From NCBI GenBank assembly GCA_951406725.2, contig OX597831.1:27218001-27282000 (forward strand): a DNA stretch of 64,000 bases, given 5' to 3'. Below, in pieces: positions 12,848 to 25,313 of the stretch (position 1 is its first letter; each line of letters starts with the position of its first letter). This DNA comes from Octopus vulgaris (lineage: Eukaryota). The notes below the pieces were generated by a model. It did not search any database. It was not told the DNA's origin and saw nothing but the letters and a program-made list of their open reading frames with translations. Made by a program: the position numbers and the translations under genes.

Positions 12848-13567
12848 TTCTCTCTTTCTCTCTCTCTCTTTATTTCTTCCCCTCTCTTCTTCTCAATCTC
12901 TCTCTACCTTTCTTTATCTTTCTTTTACTGCATCTTTCTTTCTCTCACTCTCTCTCTCTCTCACTATCTGTTCTCAACCTCTCTCTCTCTCTTTCACTCT
13001 CTCATTTTTTCTTCTCCCCCCTCTCTCTCTCTCACTTTCTTACTATCTGTTCCCTACCTCTCTCTTTCTTTCTCACATTCTCTTACTATGTTCCCAACTT
13101 CTCTCTTTCTCTCTCACCCTCTCGCTCTCTCATTTCTTTCTTTTTCTCCTCTCTCAGTCTCACATCCAGTCCCTTTCTTTCTCCCTCCCTCTCTCTCCCT
13201 CTCTCTCTCTGTCTTTCATTTCCTTTTTCTTTTTTCCTCCCTCTCTCTCACTCTCACTGTCTCTTATTCTTGCTCATCATCACTCTCTCATTATCTCTCC
13301 CCATCTCTTTTTCTCTCACTGTATTTCTCTCGTTCCTTATTTCTTTGTCTCTCACTGTCTCTTCCCACCTTCTCCCCCCCTCTTATTGTCTCTTTCTCAC
13401 TACCTCTTTCTCTCTCTCTCTCTTTCTCTATCTCTCTCTCTTTCTCTCTCTCTCTCTCTTTCTCTATCTCTCTCTCTTTCTCTTTCATCATCTCTCATTT
13501 AGTCTTTCTCTCTAGTACTCTCACTGTCTCCTCCACCTCTCTTTCTAACTGTATCTCTTTCCCTGCA

Positions 13568-13605
<38 letters not shown>
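12848..13605. repeat. CT-rich polypyrimidine low-complexity tract
   Basis: ~750 bp of degenerate (CT)n. Confidence 0.9.
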
Positions 13606-14142
13606 TCGCCATCAGCATCGCCACCACCATCGCCACCACCACCACCACCACTACCACCACCATCACCGCTGCTAAAGCAGCCACCACCACCCTTCCTTCC
13701 TCTCCAACCTTCCACATCCATGCATCACCCCCACGCAATCTCGACGTGTCAGTCCCAAACCAGCATTTATTCCATGAACAAAAAAAAAACCATTCGCCTC
13801 TGGTTGACTGCCAGTTACAGCAGACGATACGATTTACAAACTAACCACCGACGTAATCAATAAAGTCAATCACCTCTAGATTCAGAAAATAAACTTTTCT
13901 GCTATTTGGTTGCGTTGATGCTGCTATTGTTATGTAAGTTGTGCCAACCAGTTGCTCTCGTAGAAGCGACGTGGTTATTTTTTTAAAAATCTGTCCTGTT
14001 TATTTCTAAAGTAAAAGGCTTATCCTACTGCATCTAATTATTTCCAGAGTCTTTGTAAGACGGTGACATACGAGAGAGAGAGAGAGAGAGAGAGAAGCTG
14101 GGTTTACAACACCTTTCTACCCTCCGCACGCATAATATTGAA

Positions 14143-14600
14143 TCATCATCGTCATCATCATCATCATCATCATCATCATCGTTTAACGTCCGTTCTCCGT
14201 GCTAGCATGGGTTGGACGGTTCGACCGGGGATCTGGGAAGCCAGAAGGCTGCACCAGGCTCCAGTCTTTTCTGGCAATGTTTCTACAGCTGGATGCCCTT
14301 CTTAACGCCAACCACTCCGTGAGTGTAGTGGGTGCTTTTTACGTGCCACCCGCACAGGTGCCAGACGAGGCTGGCAACGGCCACGGTCGGATTGGTGCAT
14401 TTTACGTGCCACCGGCACGGAAGCCAGTCGAGGCAGCACTGGCTTCGGCCACGATTCGGATGGTGCTTTTTACGTGCCACCGGCACGGAAGCCAGTCGAG
14501 GCGGCGCTGGCATCGGCCACGATTCGGATAGTGCTTTTTACGTACCACCAGTCCAGGGGTCCTGGCATCTGCCGGGTGCCAGTCATAGGATTGGTTCAAT
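14143..14600 (-). mobile_element. RTE-type retroposon 3' end with internal ~62-68 bp tandem repeats
   Basis: Minus strand ends GGACGTTAAACGATGATGAT(GAT)n; plus-strand GGATGCCCTTC.TAACGCCAACC motif; 3-4 copies of GGTGCTTTTTACGTGCCACCGGCACGG... Confidence 0.6.
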
Positions 14601-14823
14601 TTCGTATATATACCTATATACACAAACACTCTCCTTCTTTCTCTCACACACACATTTATCTTTTAGACGTAATGCCAGATCGTTGTCTTGAGTCAGGTAA
14701 ATCTGAGAGCGATGGTTCAAATCTCAGTAGGGCCTTCACTGCATACGTCTACATTCATACCTACAAGTGTGTAAAGAAACATACATCAACAGATACTGTT
14801 CTACACTCATATCTACATATATG

Positions 14824-14875
<52 letters not shown>

Positions 14876-14904
14876 AACACAAAAGCACACGCGCGCACGT
14901 GACC

Positions 14905-15315
14905 GTATATCTTTTATCTTTCACTTGTTTCAATCGTTAGACTGCGGCCATACTGGAGTACCGCCGGGAACAAGTTTTAGTTGAACAAATCGACCCCTAC
15001 TTTTTTACGCCTGCGACTTAGTCTATGGGTCTCATTTGCCGAACAATTAAATTAAGGGGACATAAACACACCAACACCGGGTATCAAGCGGTGAGTGGGT
15101 ATAAACACAAAGACTCCTCACCTCCACTCGTACGCACACACAGACACGCACACGTATGACAGGCTTCTCACAGTCTCCCTCTACCAAATCCATTCACAAG
15201 GCTTTGGCCGGCCCGAAGCTAGAGTTGAAGACACTTTCTCGAAGTTCTACACGGTGGGACTGAACCCGAAACCATGTGGTTGGGAAGCAAGCTTCTTACC
15301 ACACAGCTACGCCTA
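14905..15315 (-). mobile_element. SINE family B, diverged
   Basis: Family B head and tail on minus strand. Confidence 0.75.
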
Positions 15316-15461
15316 TACTTGTATGTATGTATGTATGTATGTGTGTATGTATGTATGTATGTATGTATGTATGTATGTATGTATGTATATATGTATGTAG
15401 CCTGTGTGTGTGTGTGTATTATATATATGTATATACATACATACATACATACATACATACA

Positions 15462-15495
<34 letters not shown>

Positions 15496-15505
15496 AGTCC
15501 CCGGG

Positions 15506-15545
<40 letters not shown>

Positions 15546-15686
15546 CATTTTCATTTCATAGCATTTTATTCGATGACCCGATAACTGCAGAGATGCCGGT
15601 GTGGGTTTCCGACCCGACATCCGAAACTCGAATTTTATCATGGCTACCGAATAATTGTCACATATTATATTTACAGATATATATAT

Positions 15687-15754
<68 letters not shown>

Positions 15755-16027
15755 GTACATAGGCTAAATGTAGTTTCTTTGTTGTAGTTTAATTAATAAT
15801 GTTAGTGTTTGTTCCTTCCTAGAATTAAGATTGAATGAATGTGGGGATATCTAAGGTATATTTGTTCCCAAACAACACTTACTTTAGTGCTGTTGACATC
15901 ACCGAATTGAATGGTACTGCGCCCAGGTGTTGAAACCATAGTGATATCCGTGGGGTAGTTGATGATGGAGGTGCATTTGGTTGGTATAGCTGATATTGTA
16001 TGTGCGAAATAGTTTTGTAAGACATCC

Positions 16028-16029
<2 letters not shown>

Positions 16030-16094
<65 letters not shown>

Positions 16095-16121
16095 GTATAT
16101 ATGTATATATATATATGTATG

Positions 16122-16170
<49 letters not shown>

Positions 16171-16187
16171 GTATATATATGTATATA

Positions 16188-16265
<78 letters not shown>

Positions 16266-16660
16266 GTATATATATATATGTATGTATATATGTATGTATA
16301 TATGTATGTATATATGTATGTATATATGTATGTATATATGTATGTATATATGTATATATGTATGTATATATGTATATATATATGTATGTATATATGTATG
16401 TATATATGTATGTATATATGTATGTATATATGTATGTATATATGTATGTATATATGTATGTATATATGTATGTATATATGTATGTATATATGTATGTATA
16501 TGTGTATATATATATGTATGTATATATGTATATATATATGTATGTATATATGTATATATATATGTATGTATATATGTATATATATATGTATGTATATATG
16601 TATATATATATGTATATATATATACACACACATACATACACTAACACACACACACACACA
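16030..16660. repeat. (TA)n/(TATG)n compound microsatellite
   Basis: ~600 bp, includes a TATATGTATG 10-mer higher-order unit. Confidence 0.95.
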
Positions 16661-17207
16661 ACAGCTAGCGGTTTCCTTACGGCGTCTTTCAACACTTATG
16701 GAAGTCATCCGGTACGTCAATTTTCTCAGGCAAAATATTTCAAGGTTTAACAACGTTGGCCTTGCAAGATCTTAGTAACAGAGCAAGAAGGTCTCATCCG
16801 GCCCGAGAGTCATACTTCCGCCAAGACAGCTTGCTGCATCGGTTATTTCCTGTTCTGATAAAAAAAAAACAAAAAAAAAAAAAAACATAGGCGTTAAATT
16901 ATTTTTGTTTTTGTTGTTGTTTAATCTCAGATCAGAGTTGATGCAGCACATTTGCGATAAAAAATAATCCATTTATCTTTTAGACATGATGCCAGGTCAT
17001 TGTCTTGAGTCAGGTAAATTTGACAGCGATGGTTCAAATCTTAGTAGGGCCCACACTACACACGCGTCTACATTCACACCTACAAGCGTGTAAAGAAACG
17101 TACATCAACAGATACAATTCTAAACGCTTATCTACATGTATGTATAAGTATATATAGATCCACAATCACACATCTACAATAATATACACATCGGTATATA
17201 TATATAT

Positions 17208-17618
17208 ACTCTTTACTCTCTTTTACTTGTTTCAGTTATTTGACTGCGGCCATGCTGGAGCACCGCCTTTAGTGGATCAAATCGACCCCGGGACTTATTC
17301 TTTGTAAGCCCAGTACTATCGGTCTCTTTTGCCGAACCGCTAAGTGACGGGGACGTAAACACACCAGCATCGGTTGTCAAGCAATGCTAGGGGGACAAAC
17401 ACAGACACACAAACATACACACAAATACATATACATATATATATATATATACATATATACGACAGGCTTCTTTCAGTTTCCGTTTACCAAATCCACTCAC
17501 AAGGCATTGGTCGGCCCGAGGCTATAGCAGAAGACACTTACCCAAGGTGTCACGCAGTGGGACTGAACCCGGAACCATCTGGTTGGTAAGCAAGCTACTT
17601 ACCACACAGCCTCTCCTA
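17208..17618 (-). mobile_element. SINE family B, full length
   Basis: Near identical to 7235-7637. Confidence 0.9.
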
Positions 17619-17659
17619 TTATATATATATAATGCTACATCTCCATTTTCTGAATTTAA

Positions 17660-17693
<34 letters not shown>

Positions 17694-18462
17694 GGTTTGA
17701 AAAATTGTTAAGACACTAGGATATTTTCCTACTTTTCATTACATGAAACCAATGGTATCCTTAATTCACAAATAAAGAACTTATATCCACCAATGCAGTG
17801 TTGAGCACTCATTATCTTCGTTCGACATTTACGAGTATATATATGCACATATACATAAATATATAGATATATGCATATATTCATACATATATGTACATAC
17901 CTACATATATATGTATATATACATGCATATATGGACATCAAAAAACGTTGAACACAACGAGAAACGAAAACATAAAAACATAGAAACAAACTTTTTTTCG
18001 AACAACGAAAAAACCCCCAGAGAAACGAGACATACAACATAAAGAATATTCCCCTTCTTCAGTTGTCCCTGTTTCATCCCCTCCACGTTCCGAAGGCAAG
18101 GACAAGACGCGACTTTGTTGAAACAATCCTTCCCGCAAAGCAAATGAAATAAAATTCGGAATTTTTTGCGGAGGGTGAAAGTGGTAACAAGAACAGGACA
18201 GTGAGAAAAAAACAGTAAAAACAAACGGTGAGGGCTGTTAAGCCAAGACGATAGAAAAATTATTATGAACGCGAGGAAGACGAGCTTATGAAGGAGACAT
18301 TATAAGCACGTTTTTTCTTTACGAAGGTTGTGGGCAGAAAGACAGATTATCTTTCGTCTACATCTACATTCATACAAGCATATATGTATACAAGTATATA
18401 GACCCACAGATATAAATCTACGTTCATTCTCTTATATATATATATATATATATAGACATATA

Positions 18463-18510
<48 letters not shown>

Positions 18511-19136
18511 ATATACAGACATATATGTACATATAGACATACATCGACATTCGTACCTGCATGCATGTATACAACTATATACACCCACTGATATCCATCT
18601 ACATTCATAGATACACGTATCTATGCAAATATATATATACCTACTGTCATACATTTGCATTCGTACACGTCCAAGTGTCTATGCATGCCTTTGTGTGTGT
18701 GTGTGTGTGTGTGTGTGAGTGTGCGAGTGTGTATGTGTGTGTGTGCGAGTGTGTATGTGTGTGTGTGCGTGTATGTGCATGTGTGTGGAAGAGGTGAGGA
18801 AGGTGGAATGCGCGTGTCTGTGTGTCGATGAGTCACATGATACCTGTGCAGTGGTAAATCAATACGAAACCTGGTGTGAAGTTGTCAATGAACTGACAGA
18901 AACTTGGCGGTGGCGAGATCGATCCTCAATAATTCCGGGGTTAGTAGGGTAAATGAGCTGGGGGGGGGGGGTATTGACCAAAATTTTCTTTCCTTTTCCT
19001 TCTTCGTTTCCCTGCTTTCTTTCTTTCTTTTCTTTCTTCCTTCCTTCACTCATATGTTTTTTTCTTTATTTCTCTCTTTCATTCAGGTGATTGCTCGAGC
19101 AGCACCGTTTCCTGATATGCATTTCCTTCATTCATT

Positions 19137-19168
<32 letters not shown>

Positions 19169-19273
19169 ATATATATATGTGTGTGTGTGTGTAGGTAGGG
19201 ATTATAAAAACACGCATGCACATTTATACATACATACATACATACATACAGACAGACAGACAGACAGACAGAC

Positions 19274-19317
<44 letters not shown>

Positions 19318-19409
19318 TGACACAGAGAGAGAGATTGATAGATAGACAGACAGACAGACGTATATAAATAGATAAATAGATATAGATATATACATATAAA
19401 TATATGTAA

Positions 19410-19449
<40 letters not shown>

Positions 19450-19451
<2 letters not shown>

Positions 19452-19635
19452 TTTATTTAAAGCAGCAGAAAATTCAACAAAACCTGTTACTCTGAGTTTC
19501 CCGTTGCCGTTCATCGGACAGTTTTTGCTAGCATATTAAAGCATATTACTCTACATATTAAAGCATATTACTCTACCACTGGTATTTGAGTACTCTTTTT
19601 TCCACCTTGTTTCACATTTATGTGTTTACTCCGGT
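19450..19635 (-). mobile_element. TA-embedded Penelope-like remnant with hammerhead-like motif (family P3)
   Basis: Minus strand CTGT-CCGATGA-...-GAAACTCAGAGTA-ACAG; homologous to 380-527 and 48805-48975. Confidence 0.6.
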
Positions 19636-19656
19636 ATATATATATATATATATATA

Positions 19657-20555
19657 TAGGGGTTGGACAAAACAATGGAAACACCTTAAAGTTTCAAACA
19701 AATTTATTTTAATATGGAGTAGGATCGGCTTCGGCAGTAATTACAGCTTGAGTTCTACGAGGTATTAACTCGTACAAAGTTTGAATTGTTTCCAAAGGAA
19801 TTTTTGTCCATTCTTCAGTTAAAACAGTACCTAGTTCTTGTAGTTATGATGGTGGATGATATTGACTCATTACTTGTTTTCTAAAATGTACCATAAATGT
19901 TCCATAATATTGAGATCTGGGGTCTGCGGTAGCCAGATAAGATGTTCACCTTCACTAGAATGTTCCTCGTGCCATTCATTAACAACTTTAGCTGTGTGAA
20001 TTGGTGCATTATCATCCTGGTTCCGTAACCATAAAATGAATTTGATCAGATAAAATGCTTAAATAGTCTTAACTATTAATTCTGCCATGAAGGAAAACCA
20101 TTGGGCCGGCGGATTTCCAAGATATAGCCCCCGCCCCATCATGACAGATCCTCCTCCATGTTTAACAGTTGGAAGAAGGCAGTCTGGGTCAAAGGCCGGT
20201 GGTCGGAAATAAGTTAAAGGATGACTCGTATAAGAAAATAACATTCTTCCACTGCTCTAAGAACCAATTCTGTAGGTTTTTACTCCACTCTAAACGCTAT
20301 ATGTGTATGTGTGCGTGTGTATGTGTGTGTGTGTGTGCGACAGGTTTTTTACAGTTTCCGTGTACCAAATGCACTCACAAGGCTTTGGTCGGCCCGATAC
20401 TGTAATAGAAAACACTTGCCCAAGGTGCCACGCAGTGGGACTGAACCCAGAACCATGTGCTTGGGAAATAAGCTCCTTACCACACAGCTACCCCTTTGTT
20501 TAAACTTATTTACCTTAATTTGATGCTAGGTGTTTCTATTTTTGTCCAACCCCAG
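19657..20555 (-). mobile_element. Internally deleted Tc1-like DNA transposon with both TIRs
   Basis: TIRs (T/C)AGGGGTTGGACAAAA..GAAACACC at both ends flanked by TA; residual LLPTVKHGGGSVM motif; homologous to 39515-40083; SINE B fragment inserted at ~20300-20495. Confidence 0.85.
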
Positions 20556-20745
20556 TATATGTGTGTGTATGTGTGTATACATACATACATGTATTGTGTG
20601 TATCTGTGTACATACATATATAAGTACATATGCTTGAGCATACTTAAATTCACACTTTAATACTTAGGTATACATATTTAATTTGGGGCTATTCTTAGCA
20701 ATATGCACGCGCACCCGCGTGTATATATATGTATGTATATATATA

Positions 20746-20846
<101 letters not shown>

Positions 20847-21018
20847 GTATGTGTATATATATATGTATGTGTATGTATACACACACTTAATACACGCGCA
20901 TATTGACAAATATGGCCAGAAATTTAATATATACTTAAGTATACTTGTAAGTATAAATAAATATTAATATACACGCACACACGTGCACAGTAACTAAAAC
21001 AGTCACACACATATGCAT

Positions 21019-21051
<33 letters not shown>

Positions 21052-21787
21052 CATGTACATATACACATCTGTATATATATATATATGTGTGTGTGTGTGT
21101 ATGTATATAAATATTAATATATATACATATATATATATAAGCATATATTTATATATACACACACACACAAAACACAAACACACTTGTGTGTGTGTGTATG
21201 TGTGTGTGTGTGTGTGTGCGTGCGTGCGTGCGTGTCTGTGATGTTATGTGGCTGGATATACACTTGTTAAGTGTATGTGTGCAAGTAAGTGATGTGTAAA
21301 ATATCAAGTAGGTGTCAAGTGACGTGGGTGGGGGAGAGGTGAGGAGGTTGGTGGTTGGTGGTGGGGGGGGTCGGGTGGATGTAAGCACAATGAACTAAGA
21401 CAGGGTGTTGCAGTGTGATGTGAGGGTGGGGACAAGGTGGGCTATGTGGTGTGTGTGTGTTTCGGGCTGGAGAGGCGGCAGGCGCCAGTGCTTGACATGT
21501 TGGTCTTGAATAAGTTATAAAAGACGGCGTCATCCCCTTTAAGTTTAATAATCAGGTCTGATGTGTGTGGGGTGGGTGGGGAGTGTCATGTAAGGAGGGG
21601 GTGGTCGAGTGAGGGTTGTGTGGGGCGGAGCGTGAGAGGGGTGACGTGTGTTGAATGGGATGATGTGGATGTGTGGTGGGGTTTTGGTGTGAGTGGCGAC
21701 TTATGGTTTGTATTGTGTGTTGTGGAAGTACACGGTTGTTGGTACTGGTTGTTATTTAACCCTAAGACGAGCCAGTTCGAACGGGAC

Positions 21788-21987
21788 TAGGCGTGGCTGT
21801 GTGGTAAGAGGTTTGCTTCCCAACCACATGATTCCGGGTTCAGTCCCACTGCGTGGCAAGTCTCTTCTGCTATGGAGCAGGGCCGACCAAAGTAAGAACT
21901 GGAGTCGATTTCTTCGACTGTGAACCCTTCAAAGCAGTGCCCCAGCATGGCCGCAGTCCTATGACAGAAACAAGTAAAAGTTAAAAG
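21788..21987 (+). mobile_element. SINE family B with internal deletions
   Basis: Head TAGGCGTGGCTGTGTGGTAAG and tail CCCAGCATGGCCGCAGTC...AAGTAAAAG. Confidence 0.75.
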
Positions 21988-22483
21988 GGATCTAGTCTTT
22001 CTCATTCTCAAAATGAGTCCCCCCCCCCACTTAATTTTGCTCAGATTGCTTTCAGTTTTGGTGTATCGATGCAACTCTGAATTTTGATTGCGATCAATCA
22101 ATTACATTATCTCGTAAGTTGAAGTATCTGATGTTATTTGGAATCAAAGTGGGAAAATTTGGGTAATTTTAACCAATCAACAGACAGCGTGGCTTTAGCA
22201 GCTTGTTACCATGACAACTGCACGCTGTGTTATGGTTCACCGTTGGGATCTTTTCCTTTTGAACGGCAGTTTTCAACACAATTTCTAGTTAACTAAACAC
22301 TTTTAAACTTCGTATACTGGTAGAATGTGTCAAAATAAAACATTTTTTCTCTTGGCTTTCTTGAGAAAATTGTAATTTGTAAGTTTAACGTAGTTTAATT
22401 TTTCGAATTTTAACCAATCAACTGCCTCTAGTGAGCTAAAATCATTTGCTGCGTCTAAAACTGAGACAACATCCTGTCACAAA

Positions 22484-22525
22484 CCCTAACCCTAACCCTA
22501 ACCCTCACCCTCACCCTAACCCTAA
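22484..22525 (-). repeat. Interstitial telomeric repeat (CCCTAA)3(CCCTCA)2(CCCTAA)2
   Basis: Direct inspection. Confidence 0.95.
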
Positions 22526-22873
22526 ATTTTAGCCTTTGGTTTTTTTTTCTTAATTGTTAAATTAATTTGATTGTTACGCGTGTGTCTAAAATTATTCGTT
22601 TTGTTTTTGTTTTGAGTTTTTGCTTTCGTTTTAGCCTTTCGTTTTTTTTCTTAATTGTTAAATTAAGATTATTTTCCATTGCTTTCGTTTTAGCCTTTCG
22701 TTTCCTTTTCTTAATTGTTATCCTTAAATTAATTTAACAATTAAGAAAAAAAAACGCGAAGGCTAAAACGAAAGCAAAAACTCAAAACAAAAACAAAACG
22801 AATAATTTTAGACACACGCGTAACAATTAAATTAATTTAACAATTAAGAAAAAAAAAAAGCAAAGGCTAAAAT

Positions 22874-22901
22874 TTAGGGTTAGGGTTAGGGTTAGGGTTA
22901 G
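22874..22901 (+). repeat. Interstitial telomeric repeat (TTAGGG)4
   Basis: Direct inspection; four GGG runs. Confidence 0.95.
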
Positions 22902-23632
22902 TGACAGAATGTTGTCTCAGTTTTAGACGCAGCAAATGATTTTAGCTCAATAGAGGCAATTGATTGGTTAAAATTCGAAAAATTAAACTACGTTAAACTT
23001 ACAAATTACAATTTTCTCAAGAAAGCCAAGAGAAAAAAATGTTTTATTTTGACACATTCTACCAGTATACAAAGTTTAAAAGTGTTTAGTTAACTAGAAA
23101 TCGTGTTGAAAACTGCCGTTCAAAAGGAAAAGATCCCACCGTTGTCCATGCTGCTGTTGTGCACGATGGTTTCACCCGCGTGTTTTGTTTTAATTTTTCT
23201 GTGTTAGTATATTACATATTTTCCCGTGCTTTTTCTGTGTGTTAGTAGTTTTACATATTTTTCATTTCATACGTTTTTCGGACTCATTGACTCAAATAGC
23301 TGGATTTATGATTTCACTAGGTTAAATCTATTCATGAAAATTTAAATTTGGAGTATTTCTTAAACCGTTAGCTTCACGTTTCAACAGCTTAACTGAAATT
23401 TTGCCCACGTAGCAGGAACTTAAGGGAATATCGTCGAACAGAGAAACTGTGGGTGATACAGATAATTTAACATTATTTTTGAATTCTGCATGCAAAAACA
23501 TATAAGATACAGGTATTCTTTTCCTTGGGACAAATTCTTTGTTGACCAGTGTTATTCTTATCGTGGTTTACAAATCCAAGCATGAAAACATTACTCAACT
23601 TTGGAGTTTTGGAAACAGACGTTCCCTTTTCA

Positions 23633-23693
<61 letters not shown>

Positions 23694-24288
23694 AGAGACA
23701 AAAGAAACAGTAAGATGATACATGTTGATTTTATTTGGTATTTCTGTTTATTTAGAAACCTACAATGAACAGGTCAGACGCTAAACTATAAATTTCACAG
23801 GTTACAACCTTAAAGTTGACATCGCTCTGATAAACGCAGAAAATTTCTGTCTCGCTATTGACTAAAATTACCTAGTTTTTTTCGATTTTTAAACCTCTGT
23901 AACTTTTTTCCCCAATTTTTTTCCCTCCACATCATCATACTTTCAAAGCAATGAGACTGGAAGACTACATTATTATAGCCGATTTTCAGATTTTTTACTT
24001 CCTTTTTAAAATATGCATATTTCGTGAATGAAAAAAACTAGATCCGTTAAAAGATATATATATATATTTCGTTTTTGGATTTGGTTTGCAAGATTCTTTA
24101 TGTGAGTTCGTGCATATTTTGGTGTATGTGGGAGTCATTCTCTTTTAATGCCTTATTATCTAACACTCAGCGGTTTAGTTGCCACTCATTTACTTATTTA
24201 TTTATTTTTTTAAATTTTCGTTGCGTCTTTCAATCTTTTCAATAGTCATATCAAACAGCAGAGATTTATCATGATGGAGACCGCTTAA

Positions 24289-24690
24289 GGCGGCGAGCTG
24301 GCAGAAACGTTAGCACACCGGGCGAAATGCGTAGCCGTATTTCGTCTGCCGTTACGTTCTGAGATCAAATTCCGCCGAGGTCGACTTTGCCTTTCATCCT
24401 TTCGGGGTCGATTAAATAAGTACCAGTTACGCACTGGGGTCGATATAATCGACTTAATCCGTTTGTCTGTCCTTGTTTGTCCCCTCTGTTTAGCCCCTTG
24501 TGAGTAATAAAGAAATAGGTATTTCGTCTATCTATTACGTTCTGAGTTCAAATTCCGCTGAGGTCGACTTTGCCTTTCATCATTTCGGGGTCGATAAATT
24601 AAGTACCAGTTGCGTACTGGGGTCGATCAAATCGACTGGCTCCCTCCCACAAAATGTCAGGCCTTGTGCCTAGTGTAGAAAAAATAAATA
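24289..24690 (+). mobile_element. SINE A dimer (second unit with alternative tail)
   Basis: Junction GAAATAG|GTATTTCGTC; TSD ATGATGGAGACC at 24271-24282 and 24692-24703. Confidence 0.85.
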
Positions 24691-25080
24691 AATGATGGAG
24701 ACCTCTTAGCAAATACACACATTTCACCAATTGATTGCAATAAAGGATTGAGTGAAGCTGCTGGCTTAGCATTGGTGAATGTGGATTGGTTTATCTTAAG
24801 TATCTTATTTTTTTTTTTTTGTCGAATAAATCGATCCCGGACTTGACTTTTAAAGTATGGTACTTATTCTGTCGACCCCTTTTGCCGAACCGGTAAGTTA
24901 CGGAGGACGCAACGCACCAACATTAGTTGTTAAGCGATGGTGGGGGACAAGCACAGACACGCCCACACACAAACACACACACACACATACATACAGACAC
25001 ACACACACATATATATATATATATAGAGAGAGAGATAGAGAGAGAAAAATTAATATAAACGGCAGGGCGCAATTTAATAC

Positions 25081-25313
25081 CTATTTCTTTACTACTCACA
25101 AGTGGCTAAACACAGAGAGGACAAACAAGGACAGACAAACGGATTAAGTCGATTATATCGACCCCGGTGCGTAACTGGTACTTAGTTAATCGACCCCGAA
25201 AGAATGAAAAGCAAAGTTGACCTCGGCGGAATTTGAACTCAAAACGTAGCGGCAGACGAAATACCGCAAAGCATTTCGCCCGGCGTGCTAACGATTCTGC
25301 CAGCTCGCCGCCT
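25081..25313 (-). mobile_element. SINE A full length
   Basis: Complete unit; flanking AATTTAATACC duplication. Confidence 0.85.

Larger units (their letters stand above)
22246..23136. mobile_element. Foldback (~410-bp arms) Merlin-like MITE with telomeric repeats (inner element)
   Basis: Near-perfect palindrome GGATCTTTTCC...GGAAAAGATCC; 8-bp TSD CACCGTTG at 22238-22245 and 23137-23144. Confidence 0.9.
21988..24045. mobile_element. Non-autonomous TIR DNA transposon, Merlin-like (outer element)
   Basis: Imperfect TIR GGATCTAGTCTTTCTCATTCTCAAAAT / ATTTCGTGAATGAAAAAAACTAGATCC; 8-bp TSD GTTAAAAG at 21980-21987 and 24046-24053. Confidence 0.8.

Noticed and set aside
15802-16029. 75-aa ORF in unique sequence between TA tracts
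   Set aside because: No recognisable domain or consistent splice signals
22484-22901. True telomere or chromosome fusion site
   Set aside because: Short tracts lie symmetrically within a TSD-flanked element, and the orientation is opposite to an end-to-end fusion
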